Shown: in pieces, positions 10,711-22,116 of the stretch
Layout: each line of letters starts with the position of its first letter
Position numbering within the stretch: the first letter of the stretch is position 1
DNA from: an uncultured Actinomycetes bacterium
GTDB taxonomy: Bacteria > Actinomycetota > Thermoleophilia > Gaiellales > Gaiellaceae
Direction: 5' to 3'
Length of the DNA: 64,000 nt
NCBI GenBank assembly: GCA_963734045.1
Contig: CAVTFU010000004.1
Coordinates: forward strand, 2,428-66,427
Translations under genes and position numbers: made by a program
The notes under the pieces: generated by a model
What the model was told of the DNA's origin: nothing
What the model saw: only the letters and a program-made list of their open reading frames with translations
Database searches by the model: none

Positions 10711-11904
10711 GGCCCTCCGAGCCGCCGACCGCGGCGCTGATCGTGGAGCCACGCGAGCTGAAGCGGAAGCGCCGAGCGGAAGTCGGGCCTCGGCTCGAGC
10801 CATTCGCGTCGGAGCGCCTCGGGGTCGACGAGCGCGGTGTCGACGCCGCCGCCGCTCCACTCCTCGGCGAAGCGACGCGTATGCGCCGCCGAAGAACACA
10901 GCGTCGAAGCGGGCCTTGTCCCGGCGCTCGAGGAGCGCGTCGGGAAGCACGCCGCCCGCGATCGCGTGCATCGCGGCGACGCGATCGCCCCAGCCGCGGG
11001 GCCGCCCGCGCGCGCGAGCGCGGCCACGAAGCGCGGATCGAGGAGAGGCGCCTCGATACGGGCTCGTGTCCGAGAGCATGCCGTCGAGGCTCTCGGCGCC
11101 GACGACGAGCGGTGCGTACGCGCGCGGCATGCGCGGACGACGCGGTCGAAGCGAACGGGCTCGTCCGACGGTCGTCGCTCAGCATCCTCGAACTGCTTGC
11201 GCCGCCGCCGGGCGGAGCCAGCGCGGGGGCCGGAGACGCCTGCGCCGCGCGAGCGAGCGCGCGCTCGAGCTGCACGGGGCAGCGCACGCGACGGCGAGCC
11301 GGCCGAGATCGCGCAGGCCGGGGCCGTCGCCGCCGCGCCAGAGCGTCGTTCAGCCTCGTCCAGCGATGGCCGGCGAGGAGCTCGTCGCCCCCGAGGCCGA
11401 CGAGCAGGCTCCCGCCGGCGGCATGCGCGACGAGCGGCGCGAGGGCGTGGCAGTTCGCCGGGAAGAGCGCACCTCGGCGACGGAGCTCGCGCGCCGCGAT
11501 CGGGCCGACGAGGTCGAGCTCGTCTGCGACGTCGACGACGACGCGGCTCTCGACGCCGAGGTGATCGAGGACGAGGGTCTGCCACGTCGCTCTCGTCGGC
11601 CGCGACGTCCGCGGCCGAAGCGGATGGTGACCGCGACGGGCTGCTCGCAGCCCTGCGCGCGGCGGCGCGGACGGCCGCGGCCAGCACGAGCGACGAGTCC
11701 TGTCCGCCCGAGAACGCGACGCAGCACGGGCCTGCGCCGCACCGCCTCGTCACGGCGTCCTCGAGCGCCTCGAGCGGCGGACCGGCGACGTCGGCAGGCA
11801 GCGGGACGTCGGGCTCCAGTCCGAGCGGGATGCCCGCGGCCGACCTCCAGCGCGGACATGCCCGGCGGCGCCGCGACTGCTCGGGGCGTCCGCTGCCTCG
11901 TCAT
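10676..11904 (-). CDS. Asparagine-synthetase-like lasso cyclase, copy 2; heavily frameshifted
   Basis: PCCVAFSGGQDSSLVLAAAVRAA PP-loop; IEAPLLDPRFVAALAR; FAEEWSGGGVDTALVDPEALRREW. Confidence 0.75.
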
Positions 11905-11940
11905 CAGGCGCCGGCACGGAGTGCAGTCTCGCATAACGAA

Positions 11941-11969
11941 GAAGGGCCAGGAACTCGTCCTGGCCCTTC
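11941..11969 (-). terminator. Perfect 12-bp stem-loop downstream of the lasso precursor
   Basis: gaagggccagga-actcg-tcctggcccttc, followed by a weak T-rich tail (ttcgtt) on the minus strand. Confidence 0.65.
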
Positions 11970-11993
11970 GCATGCGTCGAGACGGTACTCGGT

Positions 11994-12175
11994 TCAGGAA
12001 TACCCGCCGCCGTTCCGCTCGTCCTGCAGGCCGAGGAAGTCGGCGTCGTCGCCTTCCTTGCCGGCCGTGAGCTCCGCGAGCGTTCCGTAGTCCTCGATGC
12101 GGGGCTGCTCGTAGGGCGCGTGCTCGAGCCGGTCTGTCTGCGCTCCCTGCGTCGACGTGCTTCGTCGTGCGTCAT
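11994..12175 (-). CDS. Lasso peptide precursor (about 60 aa); needs one +1 nt correction in the N-terminal leader
   Basis: Frame ending at TGA 11996-11994 reads ...HAPYEQPRIEDYGTLAELTA-GKEGDDADFLGLQDERNGGGYS*. YxxPxI..G.....T(-2) leader, Gly1, Asp8; ATG at 12175 has a GGGGG RBS and overlaps the upstream stop (ATGA). Confidence 0.9.
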
Positions 12176-13484
12176 CGTGTCATCCCCCTGTTGTTGTCGA
12201 TGTGACGAATTGTCCAGGCGCCCTCGGCGGCCGTCAAGGCCGTTCGTACCTTTTTCATACCCCGACCCTGCGCGAATGCCTCGTCGTGCGCGAACGCGAG
12301 CTGGAAGAGCATCGTCGAAGCCCAGGGGAACGACCCGCCCGCCCAGCTGCGCACGAAGGACTGGTCGACGTCGACGACGTCGGGGTCGAGCCCGTCACCC
12401 GACCATCGTTCGGCGAACGCGCGCGACGCCTCGCCGAAGAACGCCTGGCGGCCGTTCACGCCGTCGGAGCGGCGCAGGAGCATCGTCCGGCAGCAGGTGT
12501 CCGGCGAGGTGCAACAGCGTCGCCGACGCGGTCGCCGAATCCCCGTCGCCCACCGCTCGCGACGCGAGGGCGGCGATGTACCGGTCGTCTCGGAACGGCA
12601 TCGCAAAGCGCGCCCCGGCGGATGGCTCGCGAGCGCGTCGAGCGAGATCTCGCATCCCCGTGTGACAGCGATGCGTGCGCTGACGTCGCAGCGCCGCCGC
12701 GAACCCGACGCGGGACGTCGCTCGACCGGCGTGCGGACATGCCGTTCGACCTCGCGCGCCGCGTCGGGCCGGAGCCACGGTGCGTGTGCGAGTCGACGCG
12801 GGCCGCGAGCGAGCGCGGCGCGCGCCCGACGCGGCAGCGACGGCGGAGGCGAGCTCGCGCACGTCTCGTCGGCGTGGCCGCGGCGTCGCCGCAGAGCACG
12901 TCAGAGAGCCGTGCCCAGCGCCAGTACGGTGAAGAAGTCCGTGAGCCCGCCGCCGGCGAGCAGCGAGCCGCCACGCGCGAGATCGAGCAGCGGTAGGAAC
13001 GCGTACGCCGTGGCCGGGAACAGGAGCCCGGCCTCGGCGAGCGCGCGTCGCGCGTACGGGCCGAGGAGCTCGAGCTCGTCGCTCGATCGTCGACGCGCTC
13101 CCACTCGTCGAGGCCGAGGTGGGCGATGACGCGCTCCTGCTGCGCCGCGACACGCGCGCTGCCGGCCGCCGGGTAGCGCAGCGTGGCGGGGACGGGGTCG
13201 GCGTGACCGCGTTTGCGCGCGCGGCCGTGGCCGCGGCGAGCAGCCACGACGATTCCCGGCCTCCCGAGAACGCGACGAGGCATCGTCCGCGTCGCGAGCG
13301 CGGGCTCGAGAATGTCGTCGAGGCGTCGTCGAGCGAGACACCGCCGCTCGACCGCGGGAAGCGGCTCGCGCGGCTCGTCCCCGAGCATCCTCGCGGTGGC
13401 GACGTCGAGCGCACGTGAGCCCGGACGGGATTCGCGACCTCGAGCCCGACCGGCGCCGGCAGCGATGACCTCGCGTTGCGTCAA
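12172..13484 (-). CDS. Asparagine-synthetase-like lasso cyclase, copy 1; heavily frameshifted
   Basis: CLVAFSGGRESSWLLAAATA; ELLGPYARRALAEAGLLFPATAY; FAMPFRDDRYIAAL; FAERWSGDGLDPDVVD. Confidence 0.75.
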
Positions 13485-13921
13485 AGCTCCACCAGCCGGG
13501 ACTCGTCGTCGAGCGGCGGCAGGAGCGCTCGCCGCCGCTCTCGACCCAGGCGTGCGCGGAGAACGCCGGATCGACGTCGACACCGATGACGAGCGTCGAG
13601 GCGATGCCTCGCCGGCCGAGCAGCCGTCAGGACGAGCGAGCGGACGAGGCAACGAGAGTCGAACGGGACGAGCCGAGCGTCCGATCGACGGCATGGCCGA
13701 GCCGGGCGCCGATCGCCTGGCGCCGAAGGTCGGTCGCGAGCGCGCCGTCCCGCGCAGCGCCGTGACGACGCTGGGGAGGTCACGGCGCCAGAGCAGCCAG
13801 CGAACGCGCGCGTACGTCGACGAGGATCTCGACGACGAGCGCCAGCCTTGGCCGGCGGCGCGATCGGCTTGACAGCTCGTGGTACGGCGAGCCGACGACG
13901 ATCGGTCGGCTCGCTCGTCAC
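13481..13921 (-). CDS. Lasso peptide B2 leader protease (transglutaminase-like)
   Basis: DSRCLVRSLVL (catalytic Cys) and AHAWVE (His) across frames; GTGA overlap with the kinase stop. Confidence 0.85.
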   Translation of the reverse strand: MTSEPTDRRRLAVPRAVKPIAPPAKAGARRRDPRRRTRAFAGCSGAVTSPASSRRCAGRRARDRPSAPGDRRPARPCRRSDARLVPFDSRCLVRSLVLTAARPARHRLDARHRCRRRSGVLRARLGRERRRALLPPLDDESRLVEL

Positions 13922-14916
13922 TGGCCACCTCCGCGTGCTCGACGACCGCTCGCGCGACGTCGCGCGGCGTCGGACCCGGGCGGGAATCCGCACCGACGAA
14001 CATCGGGACGGTCTCGGCGAGGCTGCGCGGCGATCGCGAGCTGGTTCACGATCCGCTCCGGGGTGCGCACGTAGGTGTTGAAGCTGTTCGCGAGGACGCG
14101 GCAGCGGATCGGGCTCGAGCGCGCTCGATCGTGAGTGCCTCCGGTCGCGGTCGCTCGAGGAAGAAGAGGCTGTCGAGTCGCGCTGGGCGGTCGGCGACGC
14201 TCGGCGCGCGAGCACGACCTTGTCCGCCTCGGCCGAGCGGCCGGCCCACGCGGCGTGCGGCCGTGCGGCGACATGCGCTCGAGCTCGGCCGGGTCGATCG
14301 AGACCGTGGCGGCGCCGGGGTGCGCCGACGACCTCGCCCGTCGACCTCCTCGAGCGCGAGCACGTCGTCGGTGACGGGAGACGCCGCCCGACGCGACCAT
14401 GTGCGCGGCGACCGACGTCTTGCCGGTCCCGGCACGCGCGACGAAGCGCGAGCGCTGCGGCCCTTCCATTCGACCGCGCTCGCGTGCAGGAGCTCGAGCC
14501 CCTGCAGCGTCGCCGCGAGCGGAAGCACCTGGGCGAACAGGAGCCGCTGCCACCGCCAGGGCGCGATCGCGGGGCAGCGCGGAGCGATCGTCGATCCGTC
14601 GGGCGAGACGAGATGGCGGCCGATTGCGCGGCGCGTACACGCGATAGCCGACCTCCGGGTCGTGGTCGACCGACATCACGAGGCCGTCCGTCCCGTCCGC
14701 GCCGCTCGAGCACACGGCGTCGCAGCGCTCGCGTTCCAAGCGCCGGTCGACGGCTCGTGCGAGGCGATCGAGAGCGTCGTCGCGCCGGCGTCACGGGCGC
14801 CGTGCGTCGAGTCCGAGCAGGTCGACGGTGGCCTCGACGTCGATGCCGAAGGCACGGCGACGCGCGACGACCTCGCGCGCGCCGGGCCGCGGTCGCGGCG
14901 GCTGTGCGACGCTCAT
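13918..14916 (-). CDS. HPr-kinase-like lasso peptide kinase
   Basis: LPLAATLQGLELLHASAV, Walker A GTGKTS, VTDDVLALE. Confidence 0.8.
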
Positions 14917-15214
14917 CGAGCAGGCTCGATCAGCCCGCGCTCGAGGAGATCCGGAGCAGAACGACTGCGAGGTCGGTCTCGACGACCTCGTGCGGCTGCC
15001 CGAGCTCAGCGCGAGGCCGCCGCGGCGTCCCGCGGACGTCGCATGCGCGGTCGAGCGCCTCGAGCATCCGCCCTGCGGTCGGGTTGAGCCCGTGGTAGAC
15101 GCCTCGCTCGAGGTTCACGACGACCGTCTCGAGCGCGAAGTCCGGTAGACGACGTGGTCGGGGAGGCGCAGAACGCTGGTCGAGGATCGAGACGGTGGTG
15201 TTGCCGTGCGTCAT
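14913..15214 (-). CDS. PqqD-family RiPP recognition element (lasso B1)
   Basis: ETVVVNLERGVYHGLNPTAGRMLEAL...VETDL...LLERGLIE. Confidence 0.85.
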
Positions 15215-15217
15215 GCG

Positions 15218-16035
15218 TCAGTACTCGATGATCGTCCCGCGCTGCTGGCTCTTCCGGATCGCGCCGCGAGAGGCCCAGATCGAGAGGGGCAGCAGGAGTG
15301 GCAGCCGGCAACCGCGATCTTCGCGAGCGCGACCCAGGCCGATCGCCGTCGAGCGGCGTGCCGACGAGCACGTTGCGGAGCAGCTCGAGCGTCGGCGTGA
15401 ACGGCTGCACCTCCGACGTCCACTGGATCCAGGCCGGCAGCAGCGCGACGGGAAAGAGAAGCCGCCGAGCGAAGGAGATCGCCGTGGTGAGGAAGCCGAC
15501 GCCGGCCTGCGCCTCCTTGAAGAGGATGACCGCCGCCGGCGGCGAGGAGCGCGAGCGGCGACGAACGAGAGGCAGCCGACGACCGCGACGGGAAGGCTCA
15601 GCGGGACGGTCGCCCAGCGGAGCGGCATCCCGAACACGACCGCGGCGAAGGCGATCGTGAGCGCGCCGCTCACGAGCGCGAGGAGCAGCGGGAACACGCT
15701 CAGCGAGACGACGGCCAGCGTCGCCCCGAACGGGCGAGACGACGAAGCGCTCGAACGTGCCGGCGACGACCTCGTGCCGGACGCGGCCCGGCAGCGCGGT
15801 GAGGGTCGCGAACATCACCTCCATGATCACGAGGCCGACGACGGCGAAGGCGAAGTACGCGTCCGGCCCGTCGAACGGCGCGACCGTCACGAGCCGCGAG
15901 ATGTAGTAGAAGAGCGCGACGCGCGAGAAGCGAGCGAAGCACCTGCGCCGGGAAGCGCAGCCGATAGGTCCGGAAGACGAGCGACGTCGCGCCTGGCGAC
16001 CGCGACGGCGGCGTCGAAATGGGCGACGGCGGTGC

Positions 16036-16039
<4 letters not shown>
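15218..16039 (-). CDS. ABC-2 type transporter permease
   Basis: YFAFAVVGL, EVVAGTFERFVVSP, FPVALLPAWIQWTSEVQPFT, RGTIIEY C-terminus. Confidence 0.8.
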
Positions 16040-16781
<742 letters not shown>

Positions 16782-16786
16782 GGGAT

Positions 16787-17488
16787 TCAGTTCGCGCGCG
16801 CGCTCGCCGGCGAGCGTCAGGATCCCGAGGCCGAGGCCCTTCGTCGGACAGGATCAGCGCGGTCGCCTCGTGCCGCGAGCGCACGCCGAGCTTGCGGTAG
16901 GCCGAGGAGAGGTGGCTCTTCACCGTCGTCTCGGTGACGTGGAGCTTGTTGGCGATCTCCAGGTTCGTGAAGCCGAGGACGACCATCGACATGACCTGCT
17001 TCTCCCGCGGCGAGAGGATCGGATGCGAGACCGCGTCGCGATGGTCTGCGGGGATGGCGAGCTGGCCCGCCGCCACAGCGCGCACGGTCGGCGCCGAGCC
17101 GCTCCTCGAGCTGGGCCTCGGGTACCACGCCGAGCACGCCGGCGACGATCGCGTCGGAGACGAAGCTCCGATCCGAGCGGCGCGAGACGACGACCGCCCG
17201 ACCTTCGTCCTTGCCGTCCGGCGATCCGGTGCCGCGGGCCACGTCGTCGAGGTCGTCCGTCACCAGAACGGCGACGTCGGCGGCAACGGTCGCATGCGGC
17301 GCACCGTCGACTCCCGTCGCCTGCACCACGTCCAGGCCGTCGTCCTCGAGGGCGTTGACGACGCGGCGGCGCTCGAGCTCGTCCGCTGCTCGGACGGCGA
17401 CCCGTGGGCCGGGCATCGCGCCCAGCTGCTGGACGCCCAGCGCGCCGCCGATGCCGGTGTTCATGGCGCGCAGCTTAGTGTCGGGCAC
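16787..17488 (-). CDS. LuxR-family HTH regulator with degenerate receiver-like N-terminus
   Basis: LSPREKQVMSMVVLGFTNLEIANKLHVTETTVKSHLSSAYRKLGVRSR. Confidence 0.88.
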
Positions 17489-17536
17489 GGGCCGCTGTCC
17501 TAGCCGTTCGGGTAGTTGGGCACCAGCGCATCCGGG

Positions 17537-18643
17537 TCATTCGTCGTCCCCGTCCGGCGTGTTCCGCCGCTGGCCCCGCGTCGCCGAGTCGCCGAGCTGT
17601 CTCCGATGCTCGGTCACCGGCACGAAGGGGCGGCGGAGTGCCGTCGCGGTTCGACGCAGCTTCTCGCCCCAGTCCTCGTCGAAGGCGGGCCGCACCTCGT
17701 CCACGAGCGCCGCGCCGACGCCGCGGGCGGCGAGCGCGGGGGGGTACCCCCAGATCGGCGCGAGGAGGCGCTCGAGGTGGGTCTCGACGACGGTCTGCTC
17801 GCGAAGCTCCCGGAGGTGGGACGCCCAGAGACGGAGCGGCCACGTGGTCGTCCGCGCGAGGAGCGCGTCGAGCGCCGCGCCCGTCGTGCCCCACACCCGG
17901 GCGAGCCGCCAGCGCCGGGCGAGCGGCGCGAGCTCGCGATCGTCGATCTCCGCGCGGAGCGCGCCGACGTCGACGAGATCGCGCACCTGGCCGAGCGGCT
18001 GGTGCGCCCAGGCGTGCGCCGCGAGGAGGAGGACGTGGTGGGCCGGCGCGGGTGCGAGGATTCCCTCGACACCGGTTCCGGACGGGATGGCCGCCTCGAA
18101 GAGCTCCTCGTTCGGCGGTGCCTCGAGCGGGTCGGGCCACTTCGCCTTCGAGTGCACCTCGATCGCGAGCGCCATCCCCGGCAGGCGCAGTCGGGGCAGG
18201 TGGTGGATCCCGACCCAGCGGTCGTCGGGGTCCGGCTCCTCGACGAACCCCGCCGCGAGGAGGCTCCGTTGCGCAGCCATCGCATCGGGGACGAGCAGGT
18301 CGAGGTCACCGAAGCCGCGCGCCTCGTCGGGATAGCGGGCGGCGACCTCCGGCCCCTTGAGGACGAGGATCGGCCCGTCGCAGGCCTCACGGACACGCCG
18401 CAGGAGCACCGGGGTGGTGAGAGCCCGCACGTTGGCGAGCCGCGCCTGGCGTTGGAGGAACTCGGGCACGGGTTCCCCGCGCCGCTCGAGCTCGGCGGCC
18501 CCCAGGAGGCCGAGTCCGTGGGCCGAGAGTCGGTGCGGTTCGTCGAGACCCGACACGACGAGGGCGCGCACGCCGTCCCAGTACCGCATCGCGTTCGATG
18601 CCGGCTGCGGACGGCCGTCCCTCGTCGAGGACTCAGGCCGCAC
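17537..18643 (-). CDS. Nucleotidyltransferase family protein (NTP_transf_5 type)
   Basis: LVLKGPEVAARYPDEARGFGDLDLLVP, IEVH, LLLAAHAW, DLVDV. Confidence 0.85.
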   Translation of the reverse strand: MRPESSTRDGRPQPASNAMRYWDGVRALVVSGLDEPHRLSAHGLGLLGAAELERRGEPVPEFLQRQARLANVRALTTPVLLRRVREACDGPILVLKGPEVAARYPDEARGFGDLDLLVPDAMAAQRSLLAAGFVEEPDPDDRWVGIHHLPRLRLPGMALAIEVHSKAKWPDPLEAPPNEELFEAAIPSGTGVEGILAPAPAHHVLLLAAHAWAHQPLGQVRDLVDVGALRAEIDDRELAPLARRWRLARVWGTTGAALDALLARTTTWPLRLWASHLRELREQTVVETHLERLLAPIWGYPPALAARGVGAALVDEVRPAFDEDWGEKLRRTATALRRPFVPVTEHRRQLGDSATRGQRRNTPDGDDE

Positions 18644-18694
18644 GCCGCCTCGATTGCGCCGGGGCGCGTCGTCACGGGGACCCTGGCCTTCGCG

Positions 18695-19310
18695 TCATCG
18701 GCGCGCGCGGGCGGCCTCGGTCAGGAGGGCGAGCGCGACCAGCGACCAGCCCAGCAGCTCGAGCCCTTCCTTGGCGACGATCTGATACTCGACGACGGGG
18801 TCCAGCCGCTCCCGCTGGAACCAGCCGGTCGACGTGGTCGAGGCTGTTGACCACCATGGATCCGAGGAGGAGCAGCGTGGCGACGACCAGCGTCCCGCGC
18901 GTGCGCGGCGACGAAGCGCCCGCGACGACGAAGAGCAGGACAACGACGACGACGACGACGACGATGACGACCTTGCCCCGCAGGGGCGTGGGGTGGGCCC
19001 CGGCGTGCGCGAGGTCGGCGACTGCGAGGAAGGCGAGCCCGACGGTCAACGCGGTCGCGGCGACCCGCTCCCGATCGGCGGCCACGCGGGCCAGAAGGCC
19101 GGCGCCGACGGCCGCGAGCGCCAGCGCACAGGTCGACACGAGATCCGGCAGCCCGTTCGATCGGTCGAGGTCGAAGACCGTGCCCGTCCGGTGCGCGCCG
19201 AGCACGACCGCGAGGTGGACGACGGACTGGAGCACGCCGAGCAGCAGAATGACGGAAACGGCGACGATGAACACGCGCCGACGTGGGGTCGACCGGTCGC
19301 TCCCTCCCAT
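18695..19310 (-). CDS. Multi-pass membrane protein of unknown function
   Basis: About 6 hydrophobic helices; FDLDRSNGLP loop and KEGLELLG motif; frameshift near 18830. Confidence 0.65.
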
Positions 19311-19393
19311 GGGCACAGCGTAATGAGCCTTCGCCGGCGCGTCTCTAGCCCGCGAGGAACCTCCGTGGGCCTGGCGGCGCCGGCCGTCCCGAC

Positions 19394-20884
19394 TCAGGAC
19401 GGCGCGCGGGCCGTGCGCGGCAGAGGGATGAAACGGCGCATCTCGCCGACGACCTCGGGCACGAGGACTGCGAGGAACGCGAGGTAGCTCGCGACGCCTG
19501 CCACGATGAGGATCGCGAGCTCGACGCCCTCGACGTCGAGGGCGTTCGGCAGGGACAGCCGCAGGATCAGGACGATGCCGGCCATCGCGGCCGCGGCGAC
19601 GACGACGGGGGCAAGCCGTGCGACGAACCGTCGGGCCGGGATCCCGAGCGCGCGCGAAACGATCACGACGGCCGCCGGGAAGAGGGCGATCGTCACCAGT
19701 GCGTAGGCGACCGCCACGCCGACGATGCCCCACGGCAGGCCCGCCACGAACGCACCGAAGCTCGCGGCCGTTGTCACGAAGGTGAACCGAAGATAGGTCC
19801 CGGATCGGTCGAGCGCGAGGAGGACGCTGACGACGCCGGCCTGCTGCATCGTCGTGAGCAGGGCGACGACGCAGAGTGCCTGGATCACCGGCACCGCGTC
19901 GAGCCAGCGGTCGCCGAGGACGACCTCCACGAACGTCGGTGCGACGACGATCATCCCTGCCATCGCAGGAGCGACCACGGAGGTGAGCAGGACGGCCGTG
20001 CGCAGCCACGCATCCGCGAGCGCGGTGCGATCGTGCTGCAGCCGCGAGAAGGCCGGAAAGATGACGTGATGCACCGGCTGGACGATGCGCGACAGCGGGG
20101 ACATCGTCAGGTTGAACGCGACCGCATAGATCCCGACGCTCGATGCGCCGAGGAAGCGTCCGATCAGGATCGTGTCGCCGGACTCCTTGACGAAGCGCAG
20201 GAGCTGCGTCCCGAGGACGTTGATGCCGAACCCTCCGAGGTCGCGAAGGCTCGCGAGGGAGTAGACGAACCGCGGGCGCCAGCCGGAGGCGACCCAGAGC
20301 AGCGGGAGCGACAGGCCGGCATAGGTGAGCGCCTGGAGGATGATCGCCCAGGCGCCTGCCCCGTAGGCCGCGGCGACGATGCCGACCGGTGCGGAGATGA
20401 GCGTCGCGACGATGACGCGCACCTCGAGGCGCCGGAACTGGAGGTTGCGGGTGAGCAGCGTCGCCTGGGTCGTCGACAGCCCGTTGATGACGAACGTCAC
20501 GGAGTACGCGACGAGCATCCCGTAGATCGCCGGCGCGTCGAAGAACGAGGAGATCGGGCCTGCCAGCAGCGCGAACCCGAGGGCCAGGACGACGCCGACC
20601 GCAGCGCTCGTCCAGAAGGCCGTCGACCGGTCGGCCTCGCTGATCGATCGACGCTGCACGAGAGCCGATCCGAGCGAGAGGTCGACGAGACCGATGGCGA
20701 GCGTCGAGAACATCAGCACGAGCGCCGCGTCGCCGAACTCCTCCGGAGTGACGAGACGGGCGATCACGATCGCCGTGACGATGCGCGTGACCTGTACCAC
20801 CACGGTGGACAGGGCCTTCCAGCGCACACCGGAGCGCACGTGGGTCCCGAGCTCGCGGTGTCGATCCCTCGTCGGACGCGTCAT
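19394..20884 (-). CDS. Wzx/PST polysaccharide flippase
   Basis: SGVRWK...ARLVTPEEFG...DLSLGSALVQR...GIYAVAFNL; intact 496 aa. Confidence 0.92.
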   Translation of the reverse strand: MTRPTRDRHRELGTHVRSGVRWKALSTVVVQVTRIVTAIVIARLVTPEEFGDAALVLMFSTLAIGLVDLSLGSALVQRRSISEADRSTAFWTSAAVGVVLALGFALLAGPISSFFDAPAIYGMLVAYSVTFVINGLSTTQATLLTRNLQFRRLEVRVIVATLISAPVGIVAAAYGAGAWAIILQALTYAGLSLPLLWVASGWRPRFVYSLASLRDLGGFGINVLGTQLLRFVKESGDTILIGRFLGASSVGIYAVAFNLTMSPLSRIVQPVHHVIFPAFSRLQHDRTALADAWLRTAVLLTSVVAPAMAGMIVVAPTFVEVVLGDRWLDAVPVIQALCVVALLTTMQQAGVVSVLLALDRSGTYLRFTFVTTAASFGAFVAGLPWGIVGVAVAYALVTIALFPAAVVIVSRALGIPARRFVARLAPVVVAAAAMAGIVLILRLSLPNALDVEGVELAILIVAGVASYLAFLAVLVPEVVGEMRRFIPLPRTARAPS

Positions 20885-21095
20885 CGATCTCGGGCCGCGT
20901 CACGGTCGCAGCGTATAGGGGATGCTTCGCACCTCTGGCCGGCGAGACCGGCGTCGCGCCGACGAAACGGACGGTGGCGGGCCGCTCGCGACCCGATTAC
21001 GGTTCGAGGTGATGCTGACGTCCGCCGAGCCGTGTCGCGCGTTTGCCCGCCCGGCGCCGCGACCGGCCCCGACGGGCCGACCGCAGTAGGGCCCG

Positions 21096-22097
21096 ATGGC
21101 GACGACACCGCTCGTCACGGTCGTGACCCCCGTCCACAACGGCGCGGCGTTCATCGCGGACTCGATCGAGAGCTGCCTCGCGCAGACCGTGCCGGACATC
21201 GTCGTGCGCGTCGTGGACAACGCGAGCACCGACGCCACGCCGGAGATCGTCGAGGGGCTCGCGCGTGCGGACTCCAGGATCGAGCTCGTCCGCTTCGAGC
21301 AGCTCGTCGACGCCGCCAGCAACCACGAACGCGCGCTCCGCCAGGTCGAGCCATCGTCGGCGTTCGCGAAGGTCCTGCAGGCCGACGACCTGCTCTTCCC
21401 CGAATGCCTCGAGCGAATGACCGCGCTGGCGCGCGAGCGGCCGTCGGTGGGGATGGTGAGCGGCTACCGGCTGAAGGGAGACGTCGTCGACCTCGTCGGC
21501 CTGCCCTTCCCGCAGGCGTTCGCGACCGGTCACGCCATGCTGCGGCAGAGCCTCCTCGGCGGGCCGTACGTCACGGGCTCGCCGACCTCGCTGCTCCTGA
21601 GGACGGGCCTCGTCCTCGAGCGCGACCCCTTCTACGACCGCGAGTTCGAGCACTGGGACACGGAGGCGGCCTACTGGGCGCTGACGCGGTGCGACTTCGC
21701 CCTCGTCCACGGGATCATGACCTACTCCCGGCGCCAGCCGGACGCCCGCAACCTCTGGTCGGTGCGGGTGAAGACGTACTGGGCGGAGAACATCCGGATG
21801 CTGCTCAGGTACGGCCCCACCGTCCTCACCCCCGAGGAGTTCCGCAAGCGCCTCCGGTACGAGCTCTCCTACTACGTGCGGTTCCACGGGAAGCAACGGC
21901 TCAAGCCGACGAGATGGCGGGACGCAGACTTCCACCGGTTCCATCGGCGCATGGTGCGGGTGCTTCGCGAGGAGTCGGACGGCGATCGGGACGTCGCGCT
22001 CGCGACCACGCTGGTGGCCGCGTTGCTGAACCCCGGGAAGGAAGGCGGGCGCCCGGAGGAGGAGCACATCCACGAGGCTGCGTCCTCGGCCCCCTAG
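21096..22097 (+). CDS. Glycosyltransferase family 2
   Basis: VTVVTPVHNG, VVDNASTD, QADD. Confidence 0.9.
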   Translation: MATTPLVTVVTPVHNGAAFIADSIESCLAQTVPDIVVRVVDNASTDATPEIVEGLARADSRIELVRFEQLVDAASNHERALRQVEPSSAFAKVLQADDLLFPECLERMTALARERPSVGMVSGYRLKGDVVDLVGLPFPQAFATGHAMLRQSLLGGPYVTGSPTSLLLRTGLVLERDPFYDREFEHWDTEAAYWALTRCDFALVHGIMTYSRRQPDARNLWSVRVKTYWAENIRMLLRYGPTVLTPEEFRKRLRYELSYYVRFHGKQRLKPTRWRDADFHRFHRRMVRVLREESDGDRDVALATTLVAALLNPGKEGGRPEEEHIHEAASSAP

Positions 22098-22116
22098 GGG
22101 CGCCGGAGCACCGCCG

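Noticed and set aside
11750-12175. 141-aa ORF-track protein MTHDEARRRR...
   Set aside because: Only its start looks real; the adjacent frame carries the lasso precursor consensus and the rest is Arg-rich shadow sequence
18940-18972. (GAC)n trinucleotide run as a contingency repeat
   Set aside because: Encodes a poly-Val transmembrane stretch on the minus strand, in frame
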